Assembly: GCA_950097015.1 (NCBI GenBank)
Contig: CATNEN010000005.1
Location: 2,356,001-2,420,000, forward strand
Origin: Macrostomum hystrix
Lineage: Eukaryota; Animalia; Platyhelminthes
Direction: 5' to 3'
DNA: 64,000 nt
Shown here piece by piece: positions 1-11,684 of the stretch; positions within the stretch are counted from its first letter, which is position 1; each line of letters opens with the position of its first letter. A program made the translations under genes and the position numbers. The notes beneath the pieces are model-generated. The model was not told the origin of the DNA, made no database searches, and worked only from the letters and a program-made list of their open reading frames with translations.

Positions 1-400
1 TCCCAAGTCATTCACTTCATTCCCAAGTCATTCAGTTCATTCCCAAGTCATTCACTTCATTCCCTAAGTCATTCACTTCATTCCCAAGTTATTCAGTTCA
101 TTCCCAAGTCATTCACTTTAATCCCAAGTCATGCACTTCATTCCCATGTCATTCAGTTCATTCCCAAGTCATGCACTTCATTCCCATGTCATTCAGTTCA
201 TTCCCAAGTTATTCACTTCATTCCCAAGTCATGCACTTCATTCCCAAGTCATTCACTTCATTCCCAAGTCATTCAGTTCATTCCCAAGTCATGCACTTCA
301 TTCCCAAGTCATTCACTTCATTCCCAAGTCATTCAGTTCATTCCCAAGTCATGCACTTCATTCCCAAGTCATGCACTTCATTCCCAAGTCATTCAGTTCA
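1..400. repeat. Tandem minisatellite, 20-bp unit TCCCAAGTCATTCA(C/G)TTCAT, runs off the left edge
   Basis: About 20 direct copies visible; explains ORFs 131..445 and 171..473. Confidence 0.95.
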
Positions 401-1192
401 TTATTCAAATACACGTATTCTCAAGTATTTATCTATCATTTATGACATACTAGTTTCAATAGTTACTGTATAAGCCAAGTAACTGGTAATATAGCGATAG
501 TTTTTACAATAGCAACAATAAATCGTTCGGGTCTGTTCTGATCCCTAAACATTTGATCCCTTCGGCACGGAAGTTCTCTAAGCGCAAGAATGGAACAGCA
601 TTTTTTCATTGATTTCCTATCGCATTTGAAGCTAGGTGGGACGAAAAGGACAGACTAGCTGGGGTAGGCGAAATTGCGGCGAGCGCCGAGGGTCGCATTG
701 CAGCAGAAGAAAATTTTTCGCACAACAACAAGCTCGTTTGAAACAAGAAGAAGAACAGATGAGAATGATAGATATAGCAACAACAGGAATTGCTATGCAC
801 GGGGAGGCTTCAGAAGGGGGGAGGGATAATTCCTAAGCAGATTAAAACAGATTAGGCCTTTTTGGACAAGGCAGAGGGATACAACAAACTGACAGACAGA
901 CAGACAGACAGACAGGGTCAAGCTATAGGCCTTCTTTTTTCGAGAAAAAAACTAGGAATTGAGAAATGGGATCTCATAAAAAGAGGAGGCGAATGATGAG
1001 ATTCTAAAGCTGATCGCAATTCTAATCTAAATCTAATCAAAAGTATAATATGATTTTCCGCTTTGTCAGATTGAATTTGCGGCTTGAACAAATGCATTTT
1101 CGTCAGCATTTCCAGAATGCTAAGAAGTTTAAATCTCAATTTCTAGATCAAGGTGCGAAACACTACAAGTTAATATTGGCGTCATTGTTATA

Positions 1193-1765
1193 ATCCGCTC
1201 AGATCCTTCCGCTCTCTACCGTCAGATCCATTCGCTCTCTACCCTCCGACTCTTCCGCTGTCTACCCTCAGATCTATCCGCTCTCTACCCTCAGATCCAT
1301 CCGCTCTCTACCCTCCGACATTTCTGCTGTATACCCTCAGATCCATTCGCTCTCTACCCTCTGACATTTCCGCTGTCTACCCTCAGATCCTTCCGCTCTC
1401 TACCCTCAGATCCATCCGCTCTCTACCCTCCGACATTTCTGCTGTATACCCTCAGATCCATTCGCTCTCTACCCTCTGACATTTCCGCTGTCTACCCTCA
1501 GATCCTTCCGCTCTCTACCCTCAGATCCATCCATTATCTCCACTGAGACCCTTCCGCTCTCTACCCTCCGAAATCTCCGCTCTCTACCCTTAAACTTTTC
1601 CGCTCTCTACCCTGACACTTTTTCGCTCTCTACCCTCAAGCTTTTCCGCTCTCTACTCTCAATTTTTTCCGCTCTCTGCCCTCACAATTTTCCGCTCTCT
1701 TCCCTCAAACTTTTCCGCTCTCTATCCTCGAATCCATCATCTCTCTACCCTCCGACCCTTCCGCT
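1193..1765. repeat. Degenerate tandem repeat, ~20-22-bp unit CCGCTCTCTACCCTCAGATCC
   Basis: Recurring CGCTCTCTACCCT core, more diverged toward the right end. Confidence 0.9.
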
Positions 1766-2384
1766 CGATCTCTCCGTGAAAGGTTCAAAGCAAGAAGGCA
1801 GAAATAGGAGCAGTTGAGTAGGCATCAAGTGCTCACTAGTTTTAGGTGTAATCTAAGTGCAAGACACCAATCAGAAAGTGGTTCATTCATATTTTGCTAA
1901 CATTCTACGAGTATTCTCTCTAAGACTAAATGTCCTATATTTGACACTATAAGCTTATAAGCAATGGGCTAAATAGGATGGATGGATAAATTCGTTTGCA
2001 TGGAAGGATTGAGCGCACCAACTATTCTCGCATTTGATTCCTTATTCCATAGTTCAGATCCTGGGATTTTAAGATCCCCAACAGTTTGCATCCCAACAGG
2101 CAAAGTTGGTGCAATCTAACTAGATTAAAAGATGCCCTGTAGAGAAGAATATATACTATTGAATTGTAATACAAGCCTTTGACTGCTAGGGTTGTTCTGC
2201 GCGAGTTCAATTATTTATCCAACTAGAAACTGCTTTCAAACTAGGAATAAACTAGCAGCCTTTCTTGGGATAAAACACAAATAAAAACATTCATTTTATT
2301 TTTATTAAGTCTCAAAGATTCAGTAGAAAACGAATTGTAAAACTTCTTTCTTTTCAGAATGTAATGCATCTAGAAATTTGGGAA

Positions 2385-3410
2385 AAATTGGATCTGGATT
2401 TCTTGGGATGAGAACTGGGTCTAGGGGCTGCGGAAGAGAATGGGATTTGAATTGTTAGGAAAATAATGGGATCAAGATTTGTTGGGATTAGAATTTTGGT
2501 CTCAAGAGAATGAAGGAAGGAAGAGAATGGGATCTGGACTGTTGGGAAGAGAATGGGATCTGGACTGTTGGGAAGAGAATGGGATCTGGACTGTTGGGAA
2601 AAGAATGGGATCTGGACTGTGGGGAAGAGAATGGGATCTTGACTGTTGGGAAGAGAATGGGATCTGGATTGTGGGGAAGAGAATGGGATCTGGATAGTTA
2701 GGAAGAGAATGGGATCTGGATTTTTGGGAAGACAATGGGATCTGGATTATGGGGAAGAGATTGGGATCTGGACTGTTGGGAAGAGAATGGGATCTGGATT
2801 GTGGGGAAGAGAATGGGATCTGAATTTAATGGGAAGAGAATGGGATCTGGACTGTTGGTCAGAGAATGGGATCTTGACTGTTGGGAAGAGAATGGGATCT
2901 TAGTTGTGGGGAAGAGAATGGGATCTGGACTGTTGGGAAGAGAATGGGATCTGGATTATGGGGAAGAGATTGGGATCTTAGTTGTGGGGAAGAGAATGGG
3001 ATCTGAATTTAGTGGGAAGAGAATGGGATCTGGACTGTTGGTCAGAGAATGGGATCTTGACTGTTGGGAAGAGAATGGGATCTGGATTGTGTGGAAAAGA
3101 ATGGGATCTTAGTTGTGGGGAAGAGAATGGGATCTGGATTTTTGGGAAGAGAATGGTATCTGTACTGTTGGGAAGAGAATGGGATCTGGACTGTTGGGAA
3201 GAGAATGGGATCTGGACTGTTGGGAAGAGAATGGGATCTGGACTGTTATGAAGAGAATGGAATCTGGATTGTGGGGAAGAGAATGGGATCTGGATTTTTG
3301 GGAAGAGAATGGTATCTGGACTGTTGGGAAGAGAATGGGATCTGGACTGTTGGGAAGAGAATGGGATCTGGACTGTTGGGAAGAGAATGGGATCTGGGTT
3401 TTGGGGAAGA
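2385..3410. repeat. Tandem repeat, 26-27-bp unit GGGAAGAGAATGGGATCTGGACTGTT
   Basis: Direct copies with 1-nt length variants; explains the frame-hopping GREWDLDC ORFs. Confidence 0.95.
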
Positions 3411-4100
3411 GAATGGACTATCTCTATTGCTGGAAGAGAAAAAAATCAAATATTTTGGGGATTTCGATTATATAAAGTGAATCTCCATAAGAGCGAGATC
3501 ATATTTGTTTTGATCCAGTTCATAATTTTTAGTATGATTCTATAGAGTTAATTAATCATGCTTTATTTCGAATTTTCACAAGTTTAGCCATCTTAAATGT
3601 TGGCACACTGTTTTATAACAGCTAAAGTAAATTTAAATACTCAAAGGGAATTTCTTTAAGACGAAATAATTGAATTAGCTCTTTGATGCCGCTGCTTTTA
3701 ACAGCTAGTTTACTATTTTTTCACCGAAATTCCTTTGTGAACCGCTATGTGCAGTAGTGTGAAGGGAATACAGTATATGGAATCCTAAAGATCTTTTCAT
3801 CCTCTACGTGCATTATTACCGCCTAACTCACAAATTAGCCAAGCTGAGCATTATGGACCGGTTACAGGGAGGGAGTATCTTTTAAAAGCAAATCAGCGCC
3901 ACTTCCTTTCTAAGGAATGTTTCTAATAAAAAATGTTTGACAATGTTCTCTTCTACGCGTCAAAGGCTTTTGCGGAACGGACGGTAGAGTATTAGACTTT
4001 GCGTGTCTGTCGAAAACCATTTCCGAAATATCCCTATTTGTACAGACCACACCGGAGTTACTTTTGATTTCCAAATGTTAATGTTCGCGTCATACTACTT

Positions 4101-4502
4101 AGGGGGTGAGTGGCAGAGCGGTCTAACGCGTTTGCCTCTCGCACCAAGGTCCCCCGAGTTCGATTCCGCGGCGAGGCCGCATTCACCCTTGCGGGTTTGT
4201 CGTGAAATTTACACCCTTGTGGACCAACCTCCAAGACACAGTGAGAGTGCACACTGCCTGACGACGACAAAGTCAGGGCAGATATAAACACCTGTGTGAG
4301 TGTGTGCCTCCGTACATCATTTGGTGATACTTGACCCGCAGCCAGCGAGGAGGCAATTCTGCCCATTTCGCTGACTCCTGAGCACACACGCACACAGATA
4401 CTGTACGCAGGCATACGCTCACACAGGTGTGTACATCTGCCCTGACGCTGACTTTCTTATCGTCAGGCAGTGTACATTTAACTGTGCCTTGGAGGTTGGC
4501 CC
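4101..4502 (+). mobile_element. tRNA-headed SINE-like element followed by a long imperfect inverted repeat
   Basis: Pol III A-box TGGCAGAGCGG (4111-4121) and B-box GAGTTCGATTCC (4156-4167); inverted arms ~4221-4316 and ~4402-4502. No clean tRNA cloverleaf or target-site duplication seen. Confidence 0.6.
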
Positions 4503-4696
4503 TCTAGGGCTGTTCTACTGTTAGTTCTCCTCCATTATTCTACTGTTAACAGTCGGCTTATATAGTTCAAATGTCTATGGCGAACGTACTCTTGGCCCTC
4601 ATTAAGCAGTTTATATGTACTTTTTAGAGTACACGGATAGCTGTAGAAGTATCTAATATACGATTTAAAGAGATATTTTTTCTAATTATGTTAACA

Positions 4697-4822
4697 TCGC
4701 AATAGCCTAGAGGTTTGAGGCATCGGATTCACAACTTGAACGTCGGGGGTTCGATTTCAGACTTCACTGAATCAGAGGCCTATCCATGGACCTAGCAGCG
4801 GTAAGCCTCCTTCAGATGCACT
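4697..4822 (+). mobile_element. Degenerate tRNA-derived SINE, same family as the copy at 17475-17755
   Basis: TAGCCTAGAGG A-box (4703) and GGTTCGATTTC B-box (4748); head aligns by eye with the reverse complement of 17700-17755; body appears internally deleted. Confidence 0.6.
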
Positions 4823-5286
4823 TTAAAAAACTTCTTTAACAAACGACCTTGAGATATTTGTTACGAATGAAAAGTCTTGCGTCCCTGTACTTTAGTAGTC
4901 TGTGAGTGACGTCGCTAACACCTAACAACTTCGCAGTGAATTGCAGTAACAAGATAGATTTGTCAATTCGATGGTCTGACAAGCACAGGCATGCAAACAA
5001 TGATTATGTGAGAACGTTGACATGTCAGTGTCGATTTGACGAGTGTTTAAAGAACTATTTATGAAAAACTATTCAAAAGTGACAATTGGAGTGAAGCCAT
5101 GCAAATTGGACTCTTGAGAATTACAGAATTACTTCTCGCTGCTGTCTATTTTCTCAAGCTTTTCGAGAATTCAAAGCGTCAAATTTGTATTGCTTGCTTC
5201 ATGTAGGAAAATGTTTGACATAAAAAACGAATCAAAATATAATTTCGGACGGAAAATTTTTTGAATTGCGTTACTTGATGATTGTT

Positions 5287-6216
5287 TTAACAAATGAGCA
5301 TCAGCCAGGCGATTTCTTCCGCTTTGAGGGCCTTCTCAGACACACCGAAGCACCTCATGAAGCCTTGAAACACTCGGTTGTGATCAATGGTTCTGCTGGT
5401 AGCTCCCAGCTGCACTTTTGTACCGAACAGAGCGCAAGAGCTTAGCGTAGCCTCTAACGCGCTTGGCGAAGTGATTCGCCTTCCATTCACATACAGCATT
5501 ATCGACGGTGCCTGGTGCTCGTACACTCCGGCGATGTGGGTCCACCTGCTGGCTGTGTCGAAAGGTCCGGGCGCTACAATGTAAGACGACGGTGATTCAA
5601 CGGCAATGTGGGCGCCCGCACTTGTCGGGTACAAGTACAGCCGTGTAAACGCGCTAATAGGCAGGGTGAGACCTTCCAGCAGAGGCATCGGGCCCCTCGA
5701 TTCATTCGTTACCTGCACCCACACAGAGAACGTGAAGCTCGTGAGACACTCTGAAGCCAGCTGGTCGATGTTGAATCGCTCATTCACATCGAACTGACCA
5801 GTGAAGTTGACCGCACTGTCCGTGTACTGCATGGCCATGTTCTCCTGCAGGTCGAGATGGCCGCTGTTCGAGGCCACATTGCGGCTGCGAGTGGCGTTGC
5901 TCATGGGCCAGAAGGCGACGAGGCTGAGCTGACGCAGGACGCTCCACACCTCGCAGTCGGTGTCGTTCGAGAGTCGCACAGTTTGCACGCTGTCCGACAC
6001 GTTGCAGACGCCTGTGCGGTAGCTCCAGCCGATGCAGAGACGGAGCTGAGAGCACAGGAAGGCGCACGAGCGAGCGCTTGAGGCCGTCAGCAGGTGTTGG
6101 GGAGTCTGAGCGACCACGCAGCCACCGACTGACATTTCGTGCTTTTGACACACACACTGGCTAAGGGCTAACACTAGTAGAATAGAAAGATACTCAATCA
6201 ATAGATGGAAATTCAT
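5287..6216 (-). CDS. Secreted protein, 309 aa: signal peptide + PAN/Apple-like Cys module + LamG/pentraxin-like (ConA-type) domain; single exon
   Basis: ATG at 6216 (MNFHLLIEYLSILLVLALSQC, hydrophobic leader); CAFLC-x5-C..WSY....C PAN-like spacing; LamG-type motifs FTFSVWV, WTHIAGVY, LYVNG; stop TAA at 5287. Confidence 0.85.
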   Translation of the reverse strand: MNFHLLIEYLSILLVLALSQCVCQKHEMSVGGCVVAQTPQHLLTASSARSCAFLCSQLRLCIGWSYRTGVCNVSDSVQTVRLSNDTDCEVWSVLRQLSLVAFWPMSNATRSRNVASNSGHLDLQENMAMQYTDSAVNFTGQFDVNERFNIDQLASECLTSFTFSVWVQVTNESRGPMPLLEGLTLPISAFTRLYLYPTSAGAHIAVESPSSYIVAPGPFDTASRWTHIAGVYEHQAPSIMLYVNGRRITSPSALEATLSSCALFGTKVQLGATSRTIDHNRVFQGFMRCFGVSEKALKAEEIAWLMLIC

Positions 6217-7638
6217 TTTGCTCAATGCTAGCTGTTTCTCAGAAGCAGTTTTTTTATTGCAGTTGCCTCCTGTTTGCATATTGGTGAGAACTTTATTGAA
6301 CTGCATGGGCAGTACTGGTCCATACACCTCCGACTACAAAGTAGACCAACCAGGAAAACTGATTGAGTACATTTTGAGAAGAGAGCTTGTATTCATGCTG
6401 CTAGAGTGTTTCTTGGCAACGCGAAGGCTTCTATTACTAAATATTGCATGCCATCTTGCGTGTGCCAATTATTTTTGTCTCGTCTCAACGAAATCATACT
6501 TGCCTGTCCGGTTGGCTGAGAAAGATAGTTTGAGAAAGACTTTAAAATAAAAACAATGAATTAAATAGATACTTATATATTAATTTATATTTGCTTTCCG
6601 CGTGAAAGAAGCTACACATTGCTAAACACTGAAGTTTTGACACCGCGTTTTGACATATCGAATGCGTGGGGACACTAGTAAAATACACGCGAACAAAGGC
6701 AGAGGAGAGATGATGATCGAGAGGTAGCTGACCAAATAACAGGTAGTATAATAATTATTCCTAAGCTGGCCTAAATCCGCGCCTACTCTGCAGGTGAGGT
6801 CACCAATGGTCTGCGGTTTCTGCGAGGCTCCAACAATTCCTATCGGTACCTCTCCTTTGCCAAACGGCGAGATCCTCAGGGTCGCTCAATCAACAATCCC
6901 TCTAGGCGACCTGCGCCAATTGAAGGTTTCGTCAGCGAGACTCCTGCAGTCGGGCAGGGCAATCAAGAGCCGTGAGGTGCTCTGAGCCGGGGCAGACTGG
7001 AAACTGTTTCCCTCGCGCACGCTGATTGGTCGGCACCGCAGCTCAGGGGTAGATTTTGGGGTGGCTAGCTGAGCTGTAAGCTGAGTAAAAAAAGAATGCA
7101 AAAAATAACCATAAAAACATCATTTTCATTGAAAAAAGCTTAACAATAAAAATGAATTTCGTCTTCCCTTAGTTCCCTTAGTTCCCTTCCCTTTCGTCTT
7201 CCCTTTCCCTTCCCTTAGATGCATCTCACACATTCTCATTAGCCGGCTGCAAAGTCCCATCCAGTTCTAACAAGTACTTTCTACGTGTGGCTAATTGGTC
7301 TGTTGATATTTTATTCGGAATGACGCTTCTGTTTTTGCTCCTAAAAGGGGATCAACTTCTTCAGCATAACCATGCAATCACAGACGCAGAAAACTACAAT
7401 AGAAAGGCGATTATATAGACAGCAATAAAACAGCAGCAGAGTAGGTCAGTGTCGAAAATATTATATGAAGCACTTAACTGCTGGTAGTTACAAACTAAGT
7501 AACTAACACTTCGCACATCTGACGCTCCCAGAAAGAAACCCCGAAAGCTTAACAGTTCCAAACTGCTTTTCCACTGTCGAAGGACAAACAATCAAATCAA
7601 AAGACAATCAACATTCAAGACGGCCAGAAATTCGCTTC

Positions 7639-8191
7639 TCAGCAGATCTGAAGCAAGAGAGCCACTTCAGCGCTGCTCAGAGCCCTGTGGGACACTCCGA
7701 AGCATTTCATGAAGCCCTGGAACACTCGGTTGTGCGGTGCTGAGCGAGTGGTCGCTCCGATCTGCACCATGTTGCCAAAGTTCGCACACGATGTCACGGC
7801 CACTGAAGAGCCACTGCTGGCAAGAGTTCCGTTCACGTAGATCCAGAAGGCCGGTGTGTTTCTGTTGTACACTGCAGCGATGTGAGTCCAACCACTGGCC
7901 ATGTCAGTGGGTCCTGGCACTGTTAGATAGGACCATGGAGATTCAATTATGAACTGAATATCAGTGCTAGCAGGAAACAGCCAGAGTCGAGTAAAACGTC
8001 CATCTGGCATCGTCAGGCCTTCGAAAAGAGGCATGGCGCCTCCAGGTTGGTTCGACACCTGCACCCACACAGAGAACGTATGGGTGCAGGTATTGCACCC
8101 ATACACCCATACCCTGCACTGCATTGCTGCACTGCACCAGATATAACAACAGAAGGGCAAGCCCTACCTTGGTTTTACACATCGAAATCAT
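7639..8191 (-). pseudogene. Tandem paralog of the PAN-LamG gene: signal peptide and C-terminal LamG part retained, middle deleted; out of frame unless a 46-nt intron (8104-8059) is spliced
   Basis: Leader MISMCKTKVGLALLLLYLVQCSNAVQG from ATG 8191; TFSVWVQV...WTHIAAVY...IYVNG...HNRVFQGFMKCFGVS about 50% identical by eye to 5287-6216; scrambled junction at 8059-8113. Confidence 0.7.
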
Positions 8192-10429
8192 TTCCAACTG
8201 CACTCTCGCACTTTGAGTTTACGCTTCAAGGCACAAGGGGGTTTAATATACAGTTTTTTTCCTAACTGACAGCTCATCAAATAGCATAAGAGCTCAATAT
8301 TGACAAAATTTGAGACACTTCTCACATCAAAGTCAGAAAACTGGAGTTCATCTTGCACCCCTCATTCGATTGTGGTGGAAACAGCTTGCTTTATACCACA
8401 GCCTATCAGATCGAGTGAATCATTTTCTACCGTATTTATTTGTTGCTAATCTGAGAGCTCACTAAAATGAAAACTGTACGTTTAAATTAGATTTATACCA
8501 TGGGAAGTTCTATGCAATGTAGTACATACGTACATATACAATGCGCATACAAAGTACCAACTAGAAGAAGGACGGTAAACTTCGTTTCTTAGAGAATTGA
8601 TTAAAGGCTGATTTTCCCGGAAAGTATATCAACGAGATAGGAGCTTTTTCACTTTCTCACATAAAAATCTTGATAACTTTTTATTGGAAACCGATCCAAA
8701 TGCTTTTCTTTTAATAAATATAGCAAAACATGTTACTATACAATGAGTTTTAGAAAGGCTTCAATCATAAATTATTTAATAAGGTATAGCAGAATAATCG
8801 CGTGGAAGCAATGCGGAGGAAGGATAGAAAATGGGGAGACAATGTAAACAACGAGAGCATACTTCGCACTGAGGAAGAAAAAGCAATCGGAAAATTACAG
8901 ACAGAGAGAAGCAAACAGGTGCATAAAGCACAAATACATACAAAATCTAAACAAAAACTGGGGTGGGGATAAACAAATAGAGCTTGACCAGGACAACAAG
9001 GGAGGTGGCAAGAGAGGGTGAACGAGCACAGAGGTGATTAAGAGAAAGATAGAGGGACAAGAAAGCAAGGGAGACGGAATAAAAAAAAGGCACAGAAGAG
9101 CGACTAAGGGTTCTTAATGACATTGTAGATGTTTTCAATATTGAAAGTTCTTGTCTTGTCTTTTTGTGGTTAGGATGGAGGCCAATGCGGTAAAAATCCC
9201 TCAAAGAAAGAGTTTCCCCATGGAAATATCATTCATCATGTTCATCATGACACCTAGTGATGTCAAATTTGCGCGACTTGATCAGCCTTGGAATAAATGC
9301 ATAAAACAGTATATCTCTAAACATTACTATACGTATACATTTTATTGTAGAAAAAACAAATTCCAAAAAATTTTCCAATGGAGTTCACCTTGTTTTAATT
9401 AACTCACTGGGGCTGAGTTCGGTTTTGAAAATGTGATACTGAGCGGTAATTTAAACCCGTTTTTTAATAAATATTCAATTTAACGAAAATTGTAAGTGAA
9501 CACATTCATATATGCCTGTCAAATTCACATTCATGGTGTCAGTGTCATATCTTGGCATACAGATACAGTTATGAGTTTCTTTCCTGAAATGAACATTGAT
9601 CCGTTCAATCAATACGTACAATTTATGGTACACTGTACAATTTAATGCATTTTTATAATAATGACATTGTTGATAGGACTATTAGTAGTAATTATATTTT
9701 TTATATCAGTTTTATCAGCTAGGGCCTACCCACTAGTCGCACAAAATAGCATAGATTAGCCTAGCATAGCATAGAATAGCATAAAAAACATAGAATAGCT
9801 ATGATAAAATGGATAGAATTCCTGTATATGTAGAAACTATTTTTTCCAGAATAGGATTACTAAATTTGAATATTAAATAGCCCTTAAAATGAAACAGTTT
9901 ATTGTTTGATTTTTTATCACTAGTATTGTTGTGGTCCATTGTGGCAATTCTTTATTTTTAGGATAGCTCTATTGTAGGCATTGGTATAGCCAATCATTGG
10001 TCAGAGTGAGTAGCCCCTTAAGGTTCTTAGAATGGTGCAAGTGTCTTTCAGGGATCAGGCATAAAATTATAAAGGTTAGGCCTATACATTGCATGGCTAG
10101 CCCCCAAACCCTTCACTCTGTAGCTTACCCTAATTGAGCTGAGCTCAGGAACATTACACATAAGCAGATAGCTAAGGTAATTGCTCTAGTGCTTGACTCT
10201 TTTCTTGTTTGATTTATTCTAGAAATGGCCATTGTACTTAAGCAAAAGAAACAAAAGAGTAGCTTTAAAAACATAAAAATGACTTTTTTATTTATGAATC
10301 TACAAAAAACTTTTTTTGTAAAGATTTACACTTTTAGTCTAGTTTTTATTGCATATATGCTATAGAAAAGGTGAGATTTAGCATATTTTTTCAAGCCACA
10401 ATTAGACAAACTGTGTCCTTCCGTCCAAA

Positions 10430-10780
10430 GACAGTCCTTAGTTGTTTTTAAAACATGATGTTTTTGTATCAGCCCAAAATGACTGTATGGCATATTGTCA
10501 TGGCAGTGGATTTTTTCTGAGGCAGGCCCTGGCAAAAGGCACTCCTGATGTCGCTGGAGCATCTATTAAGCAATGTTGCGATCGCGCCATGGCCTCTGGA
10601 TAGTCCACAAACAGCGTTGATGACATTGTGTCTGCTGTGAATGCGCATCTTCGAGACTTCAGGATCTATAGATGCCACCACACAGATTGCATATCGTGAG
10701 CTGGCATGCAGCAGCTCAAAAAACTGCTTCAATACAAAAGCATGGGCGCTCTCACAGAAACAAGACGATGCTGTGTTCCT
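10430..10780 (+). mobile_element. Decayed DDD/E DNA-transposase fragment, Sola-like
   Basis: From 10501: WQWIFSEAGPGK(+1 frameshift)GTPDVAGASIKQCCDRAMASG*STNSVDDIV, matching the W.F.E.GHGKG.PDG.GG..K...D motif as I recall it from Sola-type transposases; in-frame stops and a frameshift. Family assignment is from memory. Confidence 0.55.
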
Positions 10781-11445
10781 CAATGAGAGTAGAGCCGACC
10801 AACAGCCTGCGCCAGTTTCCGAGATGACCCATGAGCTGGAATTGTTCAACATCACTAAAATCATACAGCTGCCTTCCAGCAAAGAACCTTCGCCAGACGA
10901 CTTCGTCGCTAACAATTCATTTTATCATGCATTTTTTATATTTTTTCATTTTAATTTTATTTTTTTAGACATTGGTGGTGATTTAGCTCAGTTCATGTCT
11001 TAAAATTCTGTTGCTTCTTTACGCGCCTAGTTGTGTGTATTTGCCTTTTAATTTTATGTTATTTTACTTTTGCCGTTATACCTCTGTTCTATATTAGTGC
11101 TATATTTTTTATATTTGCATCTTTCTTTTGCCCTGTAAATTGTCTAACGTTTACATGTTGTAATTTTTCGTGTATAAAGTTCTTCTATGAGTGCGCTTTT
11201 AATTGTGCAGCTTTTTTTAACATTTGCGCTTACCATTTTGTGTGCTATGCATATGTCTATATAACATTTTACGTTTGCATTGCATTAATTATAGCCTTGT
11301 GCTTTGATTATCAGAAAAGTTTGGATATTTTTTCTTTCGAAAAAAATTGTTGTTAAATCATGCTACTGTCAGTAGAGTTAAATGACTAGTATATTTTACT
11401 GTCATAATACTTGATTCACATTTAAGCAAATTCATAAGCCAATGA

Positions 11446-11684
11446 ATGGATGACGTGAGCTCAATTGGCTCAACCTCAACAGCGGATGAGTTCTGCGTTG
11501 TTAGCGCCGATCCAACTGTAAGACGTCACTGCGATTCTAATAATTTTCAAGTCAGCATGAGCGAAGCTATGGCCGATTCCAACACCGTTGTAAAGGCTAA
11601 TCCATTCAATAGCAGCGTCGTCAATCGTGACGAAGACAATCAGGGAGCTGCTGGTTCGTGTACTCTTACTGCTCCTGGAAGCAG
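11446..11684 (+). CDS. RABGAP1: RABGAP1-like exon 1
   Basis: ATG 11446; N-terminal motif resembles vertebrate RABGAP1; donor AG|GTAAGT, phase 2. Confidence 0.8.

Noticed and set aside
4255-4470. Hammerhead ribozyme as in schistosome Sm-alpha SINEs (CTGACGA on both arms)
   Set aside because: The left copy lacks GAAA after the stem; the right copy has GAAA but only a 3-nt spacer and no stem III or cleavage triplet.
10469-11003. ORFs 10469..10915 (-) and 10641..11003 (+) as genes
   Set aside because: No recognisable domain; the meaningful reading is a broken transposase in other frames.
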